The notes below the pieces were generated by a model. That model made no database searches and was not told where the DNA came from. It saw only the letters and a program-made list of their open reading frames with translations. 12,850 nt of DNA from a virus. Its lineage: Duplodnaviria > Heunggongvirae > Uroviricota > Caudoviricetes. This document shows, piece by piece, positions 1 through 9,035 of the stretch. Each line of letters begins with the position of its first letter. Position 1 is the stretch's first letter. The DNA is taken from the IMG/VR virus record IMGVR_UViG_2684622618_000017; one strand, written 5' to 3'. The position numbers and the translations under genes are program-made.

Positions 1-32
1 TTCTGATTAGCCAGGTAACACAGTGTTATGAC

Positions 33-59
33 AGCCCGCCGGTTCAGGCGGGCTTTTTT
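33..59 (+). terminator. Predicted rho-independent terminator (GC stem gcccgcc / ggcgggc, loop ggttca, then T6)
   Basis: Perfect 7-bp GC-rich inverted repeat followed by tttttt, directly after a TGA at 4-6 that may end an upstream gene. Confidence 0.6.
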
Positions 60-64
60 GTGGG

Positions 65-3008
65 GTGAATATGGCAGTAAAGATTTCAGGTGTACTGAAA
101 GACGGCACAGGAAAACCGGTAGAGAACTGCACCATTCAACTGAAAGCCAGACGTAACAGCGCCACGGTGGTGGTGAACACGGTGGCCTCTGAAAATCCGG
201 ATGAAGCCGGTCGTTACAGCATGGACGTTGAGTACGGTCAGTACAGCGTNNNNNNNNNNNNNNNNNNNNNNNNNNNNNNNNNNNNNNNNNNNNNNNNNNT
301 CACATGCCGGGACCATCACCGTGTATGAAGATTCTCAACCCGGTACGCTGAATGATTTTCTTGGTGCCATGACTGAGGATGATGTCCGTCCGGAGGCACT
401 GCGCCGTTTTGAGCTGATGGTGGAAGAGGTGGCGCGTAACGCGTCCGCGGTGGCACAGAACACGGCAGCCGCGAAGAAGTCAGCCAGCGATGCCAGCACA
501 TCAGCCCGTGAGGCGGCAACCCATGCGACTGATGCTGCGGACTCAGCACGCGCAGCCAGCACGTCAGCCGGACAGGCCGCGTCGTCGGCTCAGTCAGCGT
601 CTTCCAGCGCAGGAACGGCATCAACAAAGGCTACTGAAGCATCAAAAAGTGCTGCCGCTGCAGAGTCCTCAAAAAGCGCGGCGGCTACCAGTGCCGGTGC
701 GGCGAAAACGTCAGAAACGAATGCGGCAGTGTCACAACAATCAGCCGCCACTTCTGCATCCACCGCGACCACGAAAGCGTCAGAAGCTGCCTCCTCAGCC
801 AGGGATGCGTCGGCTTCAAAAGAGGCGGCAAAATCATCAGAAACGAGCGCAGCCTCGAGCGCCAGTAGTGCAGCCTCCTCGGCAACGGCGGCAGGCAATT
901 CCGCGAAGGCGGCCAAAACGTCTGAGACAAACGCTAAGTCCTCTGAAACGGCAGCAGAACAGAGTGCCTCCGCAGCAGCAGGCTCAAAAACAGCGGCTGC
1001 ATTATCTGCCAGTGCCGCGTCAACAAGTGCCGGGCAGGCCTCAGCCAGTGCCACCGCCGCCGGAAAATCGGCAGAAAGTGCCGCATCGTCTGCTTCAACA
1101 GCCACAACGAAGGCTGGCGAAGCCACTGAACAGGCCAGCGCAGCAGCGAGTTCTGCTTCCGCAGCGAAGACATCCGAAACGAACGCGAAAGCGTCGGAAA
1201 CCAGCGCAGAATCCTCAAAAACGGCTGCCGCATCGTCAGCCAGTTCGGCGGCGTCATCGGCATCATCTGCGTCTGCTTCAAAAGATGAGGCGACCAGACA
1301 AGCGTCAGCAGCGAAGAGCAGCGCCACGACGGCATCCACGAAGGCGACAGAGGCAGCTGGTAGTGCGACGGCAGCAGCTCAGAGCAAAAGTACGGCGGAA
1401 TCTGCAGCAACGCGCGCTGAGACAGCGGCAAAACGGGCAGAGGATATTGCATCCGCCGTGGCGCTTGAGGATGCGAGCACGACGAAAAAGGGGATAGTAC
1501 AGCTCAGCAGTGCGACTAACAGCACTTCCGAGTCACTGGCGGCAACGCCAAAAGCCGTTAAGGCCGCGTATGAGCTGGCTAACGGGAAATACACCGCACA
1601 GGATGCAACGACAGCACAGAAAGGGATAGTTCAGCTTAGCAACGCGACCAACAGCACATCTGAAATGCTGGCGGCAACGCCAAAGTCGGTAAAGGCAGCC
1701 TATGACCTTGCTAACGGGAAATATACTGCTCAGGACGCTACGACAGCACAAAAAGGAATTGTCCAGCTCAGTAGTGCAACCAACAGCGCATCTGAAACGC
1801 TTGCCGCGACACCGAAAGCAGTGAAAGCAGCTAATGATAATGCGAATGGTCGGGTACCTTCTGCCCGTAAGGTGAATGGTAAGGCGCTTTCATCGGATAT
1901 AACACTGACGCCGAAAGATATTGGTACGCTTAACTCAACAACAATGTCATTCAGCGGTGGTGCTGGTTGGTTCAAATTAGCAACGGTAACCATGCCACAG
2001 GCGAGTTCTGTTGTTTCAATTACGTTGATTGGTGGCGCGGGATTTAACGTGGGGTCACCTCAACAGGCAGGTATATCTGAACTTGTTTTGCGTGCAGGTA
2101 ATGGTAATCCGAAGGGGATTACTGGTGCTTTATGGCAGCGCACATCGACAGGGTTTACAAATTTTGCCTGGGTCAATACATCTGGTGATACTTACGATAT
2201 TTACGTTGCAATCGGAAATTATGCGACTGGTGTAAATATTCAATGGGATTATACCAGTAATGCCAGCGTGACGATTCATACGTCACCAGCATATTCTGCT
2301 AATAAGCCGGAAGGGTTAACGGACGGTACAGTTTATTCACTCTATACGCCATCAGAGCAGTTTTATCCGCCTGGCGCACCAATCCCGTGGCCATCAGATA
2401 CCGTTCCGTCTGGCTATGCCCTGATGCAGGGGCAGACTTTTGACAAATCTGCATACCCGAAACTTGCAGCCGCTTATCCGTCAGGCGTGATCCCTGATAT
2501 GCGTGGCTGGACGATTAAGGGCAAACCTGCCAGTGGTCGGGCCGTATTGTCTCAGGAACAGGACGGCATTAAATCGCACACCCACAGCGCCAGCGCATCC
2601 AGTACGGATTTGGGGACGAAAACCACATCGTCGTTTGATTACGGCACTAAATCCACGAATAACACCGGGGCGCACACGCACAGTGTGAGCGGTACAGCCG
2701 CAAGTGCCGGAAACCATACTCATAGTGTCACAGGCGCATCAGCAGTCAGCCAGTGGTCACAAAATGGGTCAGTACATAAGGTAGTGTCTGCGGCCAGTGT
2801 GAATACAAGTGCTGCAGGAGCGCACACTCATAGTGTCAGCGGCACAGCTGCATCTGCAGGTGCTCACGCACATACTGTCGGTATTGGTGCTCATACGCAC
2901 TCTGTTGCGATTGGCTCACATGGACACACCATCACCGTTAACGCTGCGGGTAACGCGGAAAACACTGTCAAAAACATCGCATTTAACTACATTGTGAGGC
3001 TTGCATAA
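65..3008 (+). CDS. stf: Side tail fibre protein, lambda Stf / Rac StfR-like; interrupted by N-run 250-299, which shifts the apparent frame
   Basis: N-terminus [17 protein letters not shown]...[12 protein letters not shown] and ...[20 protein letters not shown] match the lambda/Rac Stf N-terminus from memory. Long Ala/Ser/Thr-rich low-complexity region, three tandem 44-aa [15 protein letters not shown]-type repeats, His-rich GAHTHS repeats and a C-terminal [11 protein letters not shown] as in lambda Stf. Track ORFs 65..328 and 201..3008 are one gene split by the non-length-preserving gap. Confidence 0.88.
250..299. other. Run of 50 N (assembly gap or mask) inside stf; not length-preserving
   Basis: Flanking codons are in different frames. 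By comparison with lambda Stf about 28 nt would be expected here. Confidence 0.9.
1488..1851 (+). repeat. About 2.75 tandem copies of a 132-bp (44-aa) repeat inside stf
   Basis: [44 protein letters not shown] repeated with few substitutions at about 1488, 1620 and 1752; the same motif is shared by lambda Stf and P2 gpH. Confidence 0.8.
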
Positions 3009-3875
3009 TGGCATTCAGAATGAGTGAACAACCACGGACCATAAAAATTTATAATCTGCTGACCGGAACTAATGAATTTATTGGTGAAGGTGACGCATAT
3101 ATTCCGCCTCATACAGGTCTGCCAGCAAACAGTACCTATATTGCACCGCCAGATATTCCGGCTGGCTTCGTGGCTGTTTTCAACAGTGATGAGTCATCGT
3201 GGCATCTCGTTGAAGATCATCGGGGTAAAACGGTTTATGACGTGGCTTCCGGCGACGCGTTATTTATTTCTGAACTCGGCTCATTACCGGAAAATGTTAC
3301 CTGGTTATCGCCGGAAGGGGAGTTTCAGAAGTGGAACGGCACAGCCTGGGTGAAAGATGCAGAAGCAGAAAAACTGTTCCGGATCCGGGAGGCGGAAGAA
3401 ACAAAAAACAGCCTGATGCAGGTAGCCAGTGAGCATATTGCGCCACTTCAGGATGCNNNNNNNNNNNNNNNNNNNNNNNNNNNNNNNNNNNNNNNNNNNN
3501 NNNNNNCATCGGGGTAAAACGGTTTATGACGTGGCTTCCGGCGACGCGTTATTTATTTCTGAACTCGGTCCGTTACCGGAAAATGTTACCTGGTTGTCGC
3601 CGGATGGAGAGTGTCAGAAGTGGAACGGCACATCCTGGGCGAAAGATGCAGAAGCAGAAAAACTGTTTCGGGTACGGGAGGCAGAAGAAACAAAAAACAG
3701 CCTGATGCAGGTAGCCAGTGAGCATATTGCGCCACTTCAGGATGCCGTAGATTTGGATATTGCGACGGAGGAAGAGGCATCGTTACTGGCTGCATGGAAG
3801 ACATATCGGGTATTGTTGAATCGTGTTGATACAACAGTAGCAGCGGATGTTGAGTGGCCAGTCGCCCCACAATAA
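3008..3875 (+). CDS. tfa: Tail fibre assembly protein, lambda Tfa-like; interrupted by N-run 3457-3506 with duplicated flanks
   Basis: [34 protein letters not shown]... and C-terminal ...[27 protein letters not shown] match lambda Tfa from memory. ATG overlaps the stf stop (TAATG at 3006-3010). Confidence 0.85.
3218..3745 (+). repeat. Direct repeat: 3218-3456 and 3507-3745 (239 bp each, roughly 13 mismatches) flanking the gap
   Basis: Both copies start catcggggtaaaacggtttatgacgtggc and end gcgccacttcaggatgc; they differ at scattered positions, some changing amino acids (for example [16 protein letters not shown] versus [16 protein letters not shown]). Confidence 0.85.
3457..3506. other. Run of 50 N (assembly gap or mask) inside tfa
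   Basis: N-run flanked by a 239-bp direct repeat at about 94-95% identity. Confidence 0.9.
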
Positions 3876-3883
3876 AAAGAAAA

Positions 3884-3909
3884 AGCCATCGACAGAAATA
3901 TCGATGGCT
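3884..3909. terminator. Bidirectional rho-independent terminator between convergent tfa and the acetyltransferase gene
   Basis: Inverted repeat agccatcga / tcgatggct with an 8-nt loop, A-tract upstream and T-rich sequence downstream; on the - strand the hairpin is followed by ttttcttttt. Confidence 0.7.
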
Positions 3910-3918
3910 TTATGTACT

Positions 3919-4491
3919 CTATTTATACAATACAACACCACTCTTTTTAGTTATATATGTGCAGTTTGATGGTATATCTTTATTTATAAAAGACATTGCA
4001 CCTATTTTTACATTATCCCCAATTTTACGTGATAATCCAATGATGCAACAATTAGCTCCGATATCAACGTTACTACCAATTTTTACTCTTGAACTAGGCA
4101 TATCACCATCTATCTGTCCAATGGTAGTATTCTGTCGTAATACCAGATTTTCACCCGCATCAACAGCAAAATGAACAACAATTCCAGCATGATGGGGAAT
4201 TGTCAACCCTTTTCCAATATTTGCGCCCAATCCTATTTCACAACCAAACTTGTTAATTATTTTACTGTTTAACTTTTTGGCTGCTTTCTTATGTAATTTA
4301 TTACCATTAATATACATTTCGTTAGCCAACCGCCACCAGAAAAGGAAATTCCGGTTACGCTGCTTTTTCTCTCTTAAAAGCCTCCAGATATCCATACGTT
4401 TCCGCCGAATTACTTCATGTTTCCAGAAGTTTTTTAAATTAGTAGAGTTTCCAAATAAAACAAAGTGAATTGCCATTAAGTAAGATAGCAC
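3919..4491 (-). CDS. Hexapeptide-repeat O-acetyltransferase, WcaB/CysE (serine acetyltransferase)-like; AT-rich moron
   Basis: Left-handed beta-helix hexapeptide motifs (IGKGLTIPHHAGIVVH..., IGSNVDIGANCCIIG..., IGDNVKIGAMSFI) and an N-terminal region resembling the WcaB family. GTG at 4491 has a strong SD (aaggag, 6-nt spacer); the upstream ATG at 4524 lacks an SD. Roughly 30% GC against roughly 50-55% for the neighbours. Confidence 0.75.
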   Translation of the reverse strand: MLSYLMAIHFVLFGNSTNLKNFWKHEVIRRKRMDIWRLLREKKQRNRNFLFWWRLANEMYINGNKLHKKAAKKLNSKIINKFGCEIGLGANIGKGLTIPHHAGIVVHFAVDAGENLVLRQNTTIGQIDGDMPSSRVKIGSNVDIGANCCIIGLSRKIGDNVKIGAMSFINKDIPSNCTYITKKSGVVLYK

Positions 4492-4542
4492 GATAATCTC
4501 CTTAATTATTATTTCAGACCACACATGTTATAAGGTTAAGAG

Positions 4543-4571
4543 ATTATAAAATCCTGTTATTTGTTATTCAA
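4543..4571 (-). promoter_or_regulatory. Sigma70-like promoter for the acetyltransferase gene: -35 TTGAAT, 17-bp spacer, -10 TATAAT
   Basis: On the - strand: TTGAAT (plus 4566-4571), 17 bp, perfect TATAAT (plus 4543-4548), about 45 nt upstream of the GTG start. Confidence 0.55.
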
Positions 4572-4604
4572 AAACAATTTTCTGAGAAGGACATACAACA
4601 GCAA

Positions 4605-4638
4605 GTCGCCAGTCACCTTCATCAGGAAATTGGCGACA
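4605..4638. other. Imperfect inverted repeat downstream of U (gtcgcca ... tggcgac)
   Basis: 7-bp arms with a roughly 20-nt loop and no clear T-tract; a weak terminator candidate at best. Confidence 0.2.
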
Positions 4639-4647
4639 TACGTTAAA

Positions 4648-5136
4648 TCAGAGCAGCCCCTTAACTGAGCTGGCCGCGCTATTAAGGGATGATGTCACCT
4701 TATCTTTGAAGCCGGACAGCATATCGCTGAACGATGAGGATTGCAGGCGCTCCCGCAAATCCTCATCACAGCGTTCAAGAGTCAGTGAAAATTCTATCTT
4801 TTTCGCCTTACCGTAGCGATCAAACTCGGAGCGGGTCGTATTCGTTCCGGTCAGGACATACATGCCGTAAATCTGCCCGACGCCATCAATCAAAGGCCAA
4901 GGACGTCCTGTATATGCCTGCGTGGTCAACAACGACAGCGACACTTCGCCACCAGTAATCTCAGGATAAAGAACACCAGAAAGAACGATGCGATCATCAC
5001 CTGCACCGATATACTGCCAGCTTGCTGAACGGTTAACGCGTTCATTTTTCACATGTCGCCAGCTTTTGTTTTGCTGTAACTGCTGATGCGGCAACGTGCG
5101 CAGCTCAAAAACAAACATGCCGTAGATCATCATCAT
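4648..5136 (-). CDS. U: P2-like tail protein gpU
   Basis: MMMIYGMFVFELRTLPHQQLQ...WQYIGAGDDRIVLSGVLYPEITGG resembles P2 gpU from memory. Start chosen at the ATG at 5136 (SD gaggag with 8-nt spacer); the track start at 5142 is only 2 nt from the SD. Confidence 0.8.
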   Translation of the reverse strand: MMMIYGMFVFELRTLPHQQLQQNKSWRHVKNERVNRSASWQYIGAGDDRIVLSGVLYPEITGGEVSLSLLTTQAYTGRPWPLIDGVGQIYGMYVLTGTNTTRSEFDRYGKAKKIEFSLTLERCDEDLRERLQSSSFSDMLSGFKDKVTSSLNSAASSVKGLL

Positions 5137-5148
5137 GGCCATGACTCC

Positions 5149-7961
5149 TCAATCTTTATCGTAAAAACTGCCACGCCTGGCACGGGCGCGCCGTTCCATT
5201 TCTGCCCTGACCATTTCGCCGACCAGTTTCGCCAGTTCGCGGGGATTCTGCGTAACAACGTTATGCAGATGAACATGAATTTCACCGCCAAATCCGGAGG
5301 CAACAGGCTCCCGGTTACGGGAAGTTGCAGGAACTGATGCCACTGGCGATCGTATGGCCTCCACCACCGGGCGGGAGCTGGCCGCAACAACAGGGACCAG
5401 CGCCGGAGGCAGCGGAGCCGGGACCACGGGTGTGATATTAATTGCGGGGGCAGGCTTACTGACCTGCGCAATCTTCCGCTCCTGCCACTCCCCACGAACA
5501 GCAAGTGCGCGGGGCAGGTTCTTAAAGACAATATCGCCGGGGCCAATGCGTTTTTTTGTCTCATCAACCAGCTTACCTGTGTTATCAGCAATTTTGCTGA
5601 GTCTGCGTAGCGTGCCGGTATTGCTGTCTGTGAGAGGTTTGTTGTCTTTGGGTTTATCATCTCCGGTGCCATTGCTATTTCCCGCAGACTTCGGCGGATT
5701 GATTTTCGCAATGTCTCCCTGAAACAGAGCAACCTTGTCCTGAAGAATGGCCGCACGTTGTGCGTCTTCGATTTTCTTGCGCGCCCTTTCCGCTTCATCC
5801 GGAAGCACACCGAGTTTTTCAAGTATCCACGCCAGCGTATCCAGCAACATTTTTGCAGGCGTCAGAACAAGCTGTAACGCACCACCAAGAACGTTACCGA
5901 ATACCTCGCCAGCACTGGTACATTTATCCAGCGTTTCCTTGCTGGACTCCATCGGTGACAGCAGCGATTTAAACCAGTTAAACACCTGGCTGAACCGCTT
6001 CCGATTACGTCAAAAACAGGGCCAAACCGTTCAAAGGTGTCGCGCAACGGGGTCAGCCTTTCCATAATCCCGCTGAACACCCCGGCAAAGAAAGCCCTGA
6101 TAGGATCCCAGTATTTCCAGATAAGAACGGCAGCTCCGGCAAGCGCAGCCACGATAAGACCAACCGGACTGAACAACGCCCCGATAACGCCTCCCAGTAA
6201 AGAAACGGAACCCGTCACCATTCCCCATAGCGCAGGTAACACCCTGACGACATTCATTGACCGGGTAAGAATGTCAAAACCAAGACGCAGGGTGGCCAGC
6301 TTCCCGTAAAGCACCCCAATAACCAGCGACAACGAGCCAATCGTTGCAGTCATTGCCAGCAACGCACCGCCTGCTATCAGTAGCTGGCGCGTCAGTACCG
6401 GATGGGCCTGCGCCAGCGAGGTGATTTTTTCAAGCACCCGCGTGAGCCACTGCGTGACAGAACGCAGCGGACCGTCAACCAGATCACTGATGCGAATACG
6501 AAGACCTTCCCATGCGCTGTCGAGATTTTTCAGGTCCCCATCAAGATTATCAGCCATTACTTTTGCGACGCGATCGGCCTCTCCCCTTGCCCCCTGCAAT
6601 TCTCTGGTCAGTTTTTGCAGCTCTCCTGAACCAGCCGCCGCAACAAGCGTCTGCAAACCAACGAACGCCTCTTCTCCGGCGATGTCCTTGAAGAAGGAGA
6701 CCTGGTCCACCTGTCCGTATTTTTGTGTCGCCTTATAGAGATCAAGCAGCACATCCTCCATCGGGCGCATTTTGCCTCTGGCGTCAGCAACTGACACCCC
6801 CAGCTCTTTCAGTGCATCAGCCGCAGCTTTTGGCGGTGATGCAAGGCGGGACAGACTTGCGCGCATGGCCGTGCCAGCATCGCTTCCGCGAAGACCATTA
6901 TTGGCAAGCATCCCGGCCATGGCCGCCGCTTCTTCAAGACTGATACCAAGTTTTGCGGCAACCGGACCGGTATACTTCATGGTTTCGCCCAGCGCGCGTA
7001 AATCAGTATTGGTCCGGGTAAATGCTGCTGTCAGCGTATCGCCCACCCGGTCCATTTGATCGGCTGTCAGGTTGAACTGTGTGAGGATATTGGAGCCTAT
7101 ATCAGCCGTCTCGCCGAGTTCGACGCCACCTGCCAGCGCCATATTAAGAACACCGGGCAATGCGGCCTGAATGGCCTGCGGAGTAAAACCAGCCATTGCC
7201 AGAAAGCTCTGCCCACTGGCGGCATCACTCGCAGTAAACTGTGTTTCAGCAAGTTTTAACGCCTGCTCACGCAGCGCCTTAAACTGCGGGCTGTTTTTGT
7301 CGATTCGCGTCAGTGCCTGAACGCGGGACATCTCTTTGCCGAACCCGATCGCAGGCTGCAAAAAACGCCCGGCAGCATAGCCGCCCGCCGCTGCCGCACC
7401 AATTGCCAGCGCACCACCTGTTTTCAGTTTTCCCGCGGTTTCCTGCGCGTGCGAATACCGCTCACGCGCCTGCGTTACACGCGCAAGCGCCTGCCGTTCG
7501 CGTTCAAGCTGGTTGTTGTATTGTTCGGTGCGTCTGATGGCCTGCTGAATGGTGTTATCGCTGCCTGTCAGGGAAATGCCGTGGCGTTTCAGCTCTCCGC
7601 CAAGTTCCCTCATTTTCTGAATTTCCCGTGTGCGCGATTCATTCAGGCGTTCAAGCCGGGTGCTTAACTGCTGCATCAGCTTTTGTTGTTTTTCGCTGAG
7701 CACTGTACCCGTGCGTTGTAACTGATTAAGGGCGTTAAGCTGGCGTCGTGCTTTCACGATGCCAGCATCCGCTTTACTGACAGCGTCGCGGGCGCGCTCA
7801 AATGATCGCGCCTGACGCTCGAGATTTTTGATCGCCCCCTGCGTTCGCTGGATGGAGTCACCAAACTGCCCCATCAGGCGGCGTGCGTTTTCGGCAGGTC
7901 GGGTCAGCCTGTCAACGGCGCTGAAAGCGACCCGGATATCAAGAGTCTTCATTGTCTGCAT
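5149..7961 (-). CDS. T: P2-like tail tape measure protein gpT; reading frame disrupted near 5985-6005 (frameshift mutation or sequence error)
   Basis: ORF 5862..7988 (long coiled-coil/Ala-Gly-rich tape-measure-like protein) ends in an implausible Cys/Trp/Arg-rich tail, while the overlapping ORF 5149..5985 in another frame continues with plausible sequence (FNWFKSLLSPMESSKETLDK...GSFYDKD). Start placed at the ATG at 7961 or 7952; the track start at 7988 is GTG. Confidence 0.75.
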
Positions 7962-8468
7962 TCCCGCTGCGAAGTGCCGCCCGCTCACGCCAGCTAACCA
8001 CTTCGCCGGGCGTCATCATGAAGATTTCGGCGGGCGACCAGTTAAAAATAACGGCAATATCTGCCACAAAGTCTTCTATGTGCTCAAAGCACACAACCGT
8101 GATCAGGCTTCCGTCGCCTGTTCGTTCTTCCCGCCAGAGTCCGCACCGCTCAAAAAATTTACGGCAACCACACATAACTGAATAAAGTCACGGGATGCCA
8201 TTTTTTTGATCGTCACTTCATCCAGTCGCGGTGATGTCACGCGTGACAGCAGCGTAAACATGGATTCCGCTTTCAGATTCAGCACATCAGACAGCGACAA
8301 ATCTCGCAGAGATCCAGCCTGCTCAATAGCCCCGGTGATCTCCACATACGTGATTTTTTCGCCGCCTCGCTCAATTGGTTGGGTAAGTTTTACACCACGC
8401 TCACTGGTTTCTTTCACAGTGTCAGTAACTACCGTGTTTTCGGTATCGATGTTTTTCGTCTCTTTCAT
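7939..8468 (-). CDS. E': gpE+E' fusion made by programmed -1 translational frameshift
   Basis: The -1 frame downstream of the slippery site is open to 7939 (FFERCGLWREERTGDGSLITVVCFEHIEDF...), matching track ORF 7939..8175; this is the arrangement known for P2 E/E'. Confidence 0.65.
8103..8468 (-). CDS. E: P2-like tail protein gpE
   Basis: Position between the tube gene and tape measure gene; good SD (aaggag) 6 nt upstream of the ATG at 8468; the frame contains the T6G slippery site near its 3' end. Confidence 0.75.
   Translation of the reverse strand: MKETKNIDTENTVVTDTVKETSERGVKLTQPIERGGEKITYVEITGAIEQAGSLRDLSLSDVLNLKAESMFTLLSRVTSPRLDEVTIKKMASRDFIQLCVVAVNFLSGADSGGKNEQATEA
8151..8157 (-). 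promoter_or_regulatory. Slippery heptamer T TTT TTG (mRNA sense) for the E/E' -1 frameshift
   Basis: Zero-frame codons AAT TTT TTG (N F L) read on the - strand across plus 8151-8159. Confidence 0.65.
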
Positions 8469-8522
8469 CAGGAAACTCCTTTCAGTCAGAGGCGACGCAC
8501 TGCGCCGCCTGCATATTACTTA

Positions 8523-9035
8523 TCAGCCAAGCCCAAGCGCGGAACGGATGCGATCGGGCACAATGTCCTTGCCGTCCTTCCGGTAAATGAAGTTCAGCAG
8601 GTCAATCTCCCACAACGGGCGATCGTTAACACTCAGCTTGTAGTAGGTGTTTTTAATGGCGTAAGTGTGTGATGTGGCTTCGCCCTGTTTGGCTTCCCCC
8701 ATATCAATTTCCGTCACACGTCCGCGCATTTCGACTTCATACAGGTCGCTTTCATCATCGGTGTAGTATTCCCCCGCAAAACGCAGTAGCGTGCCGTCAA
8801 TCGTGCCGCCATACTTCAGGAACAGCTCACGAACTGCGCCCCCCATGACAAAGCTCGCATCAAGCGCGGAGTCGTCCAGGCCGAGGTCAATACTTACCGC
8901 ACCCATCATGCCACCACCCCGGTAGCTGTCGGTTTTGCGCGTCAGTTTAGGCAGGGTGACGGACGTCACCTTACCCACTTCGTTTTCACCATCCACAAAC
9001 AGCGTAAAAAAGCGAAGATGTTTTGGTACAGCCAT
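8523..9035 (-). CDS. FII: P2-like tail tube protein FII
   Basis: MAVPKHLRFFTLFVDGENEVGKVTSVTLPKLTRKTDSYRGGGMMGAVSIDLGLDD... resembles P2 FII; start overlaps the FI stop (TGATG). Confidence 0.85.
   Translation of the reverse strand: MAVPKHLRFFTLFVDGENEVGKVTSVTLPKLTRKTDSYRGGGMMGAVSIDLGLDDSALDASFVMGGAVRELFLKYGGTIDGTLLRFAGEYYTDDESDLYEVEMRGRVTEIDMGEAKQGEATSHTYAIKNTYYKLSVNDRPLWEIDLLNFIYRKDGKDIVPDRIRSALGLG

Noticed and set aside
490-1497. 335-aa Arg/Gln/Pro-rich + strand ORF and several - strand ORFs (590..1339, 934..1452 and others) inside stf
   Set aside because: Alternative-frame artefacts of the GC-rich, repetitive Ala/Ser-coding region; no start signals, and fully contained in the well-supported stf frame.
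3008-3875. Invertible tail-fibre switch (Mu G / e14 P-type) as the explanation for the tfa duplication
   Set aside because: The two copies are direct, not inverted; no alternative tfa' on the opposite strand and no invertase gene are visible.
4250-4468. 72-aa + strand ORF opposite the acetyltransferase gene
   Set aside because: Antisense to a gene with clear promoter, SD and terminator; no signals of its own.
5133-5822. 229-aa - strand ORF and several + strand ORFs overlapping the tape measure gene
   Set aside because: Out-of-frame or antisense to a strongly supported structural gene; basic, low-complexity translations typical of spurious ORFs.
5995-6010. Shared 9-mer cgtaatcgg between the tape-measure frameshift region and the IS30 gap flank
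   Set aside because: A 9-bp match is plausible by chance in 12.8 kb; no other evidence of an IS30-related event in T.
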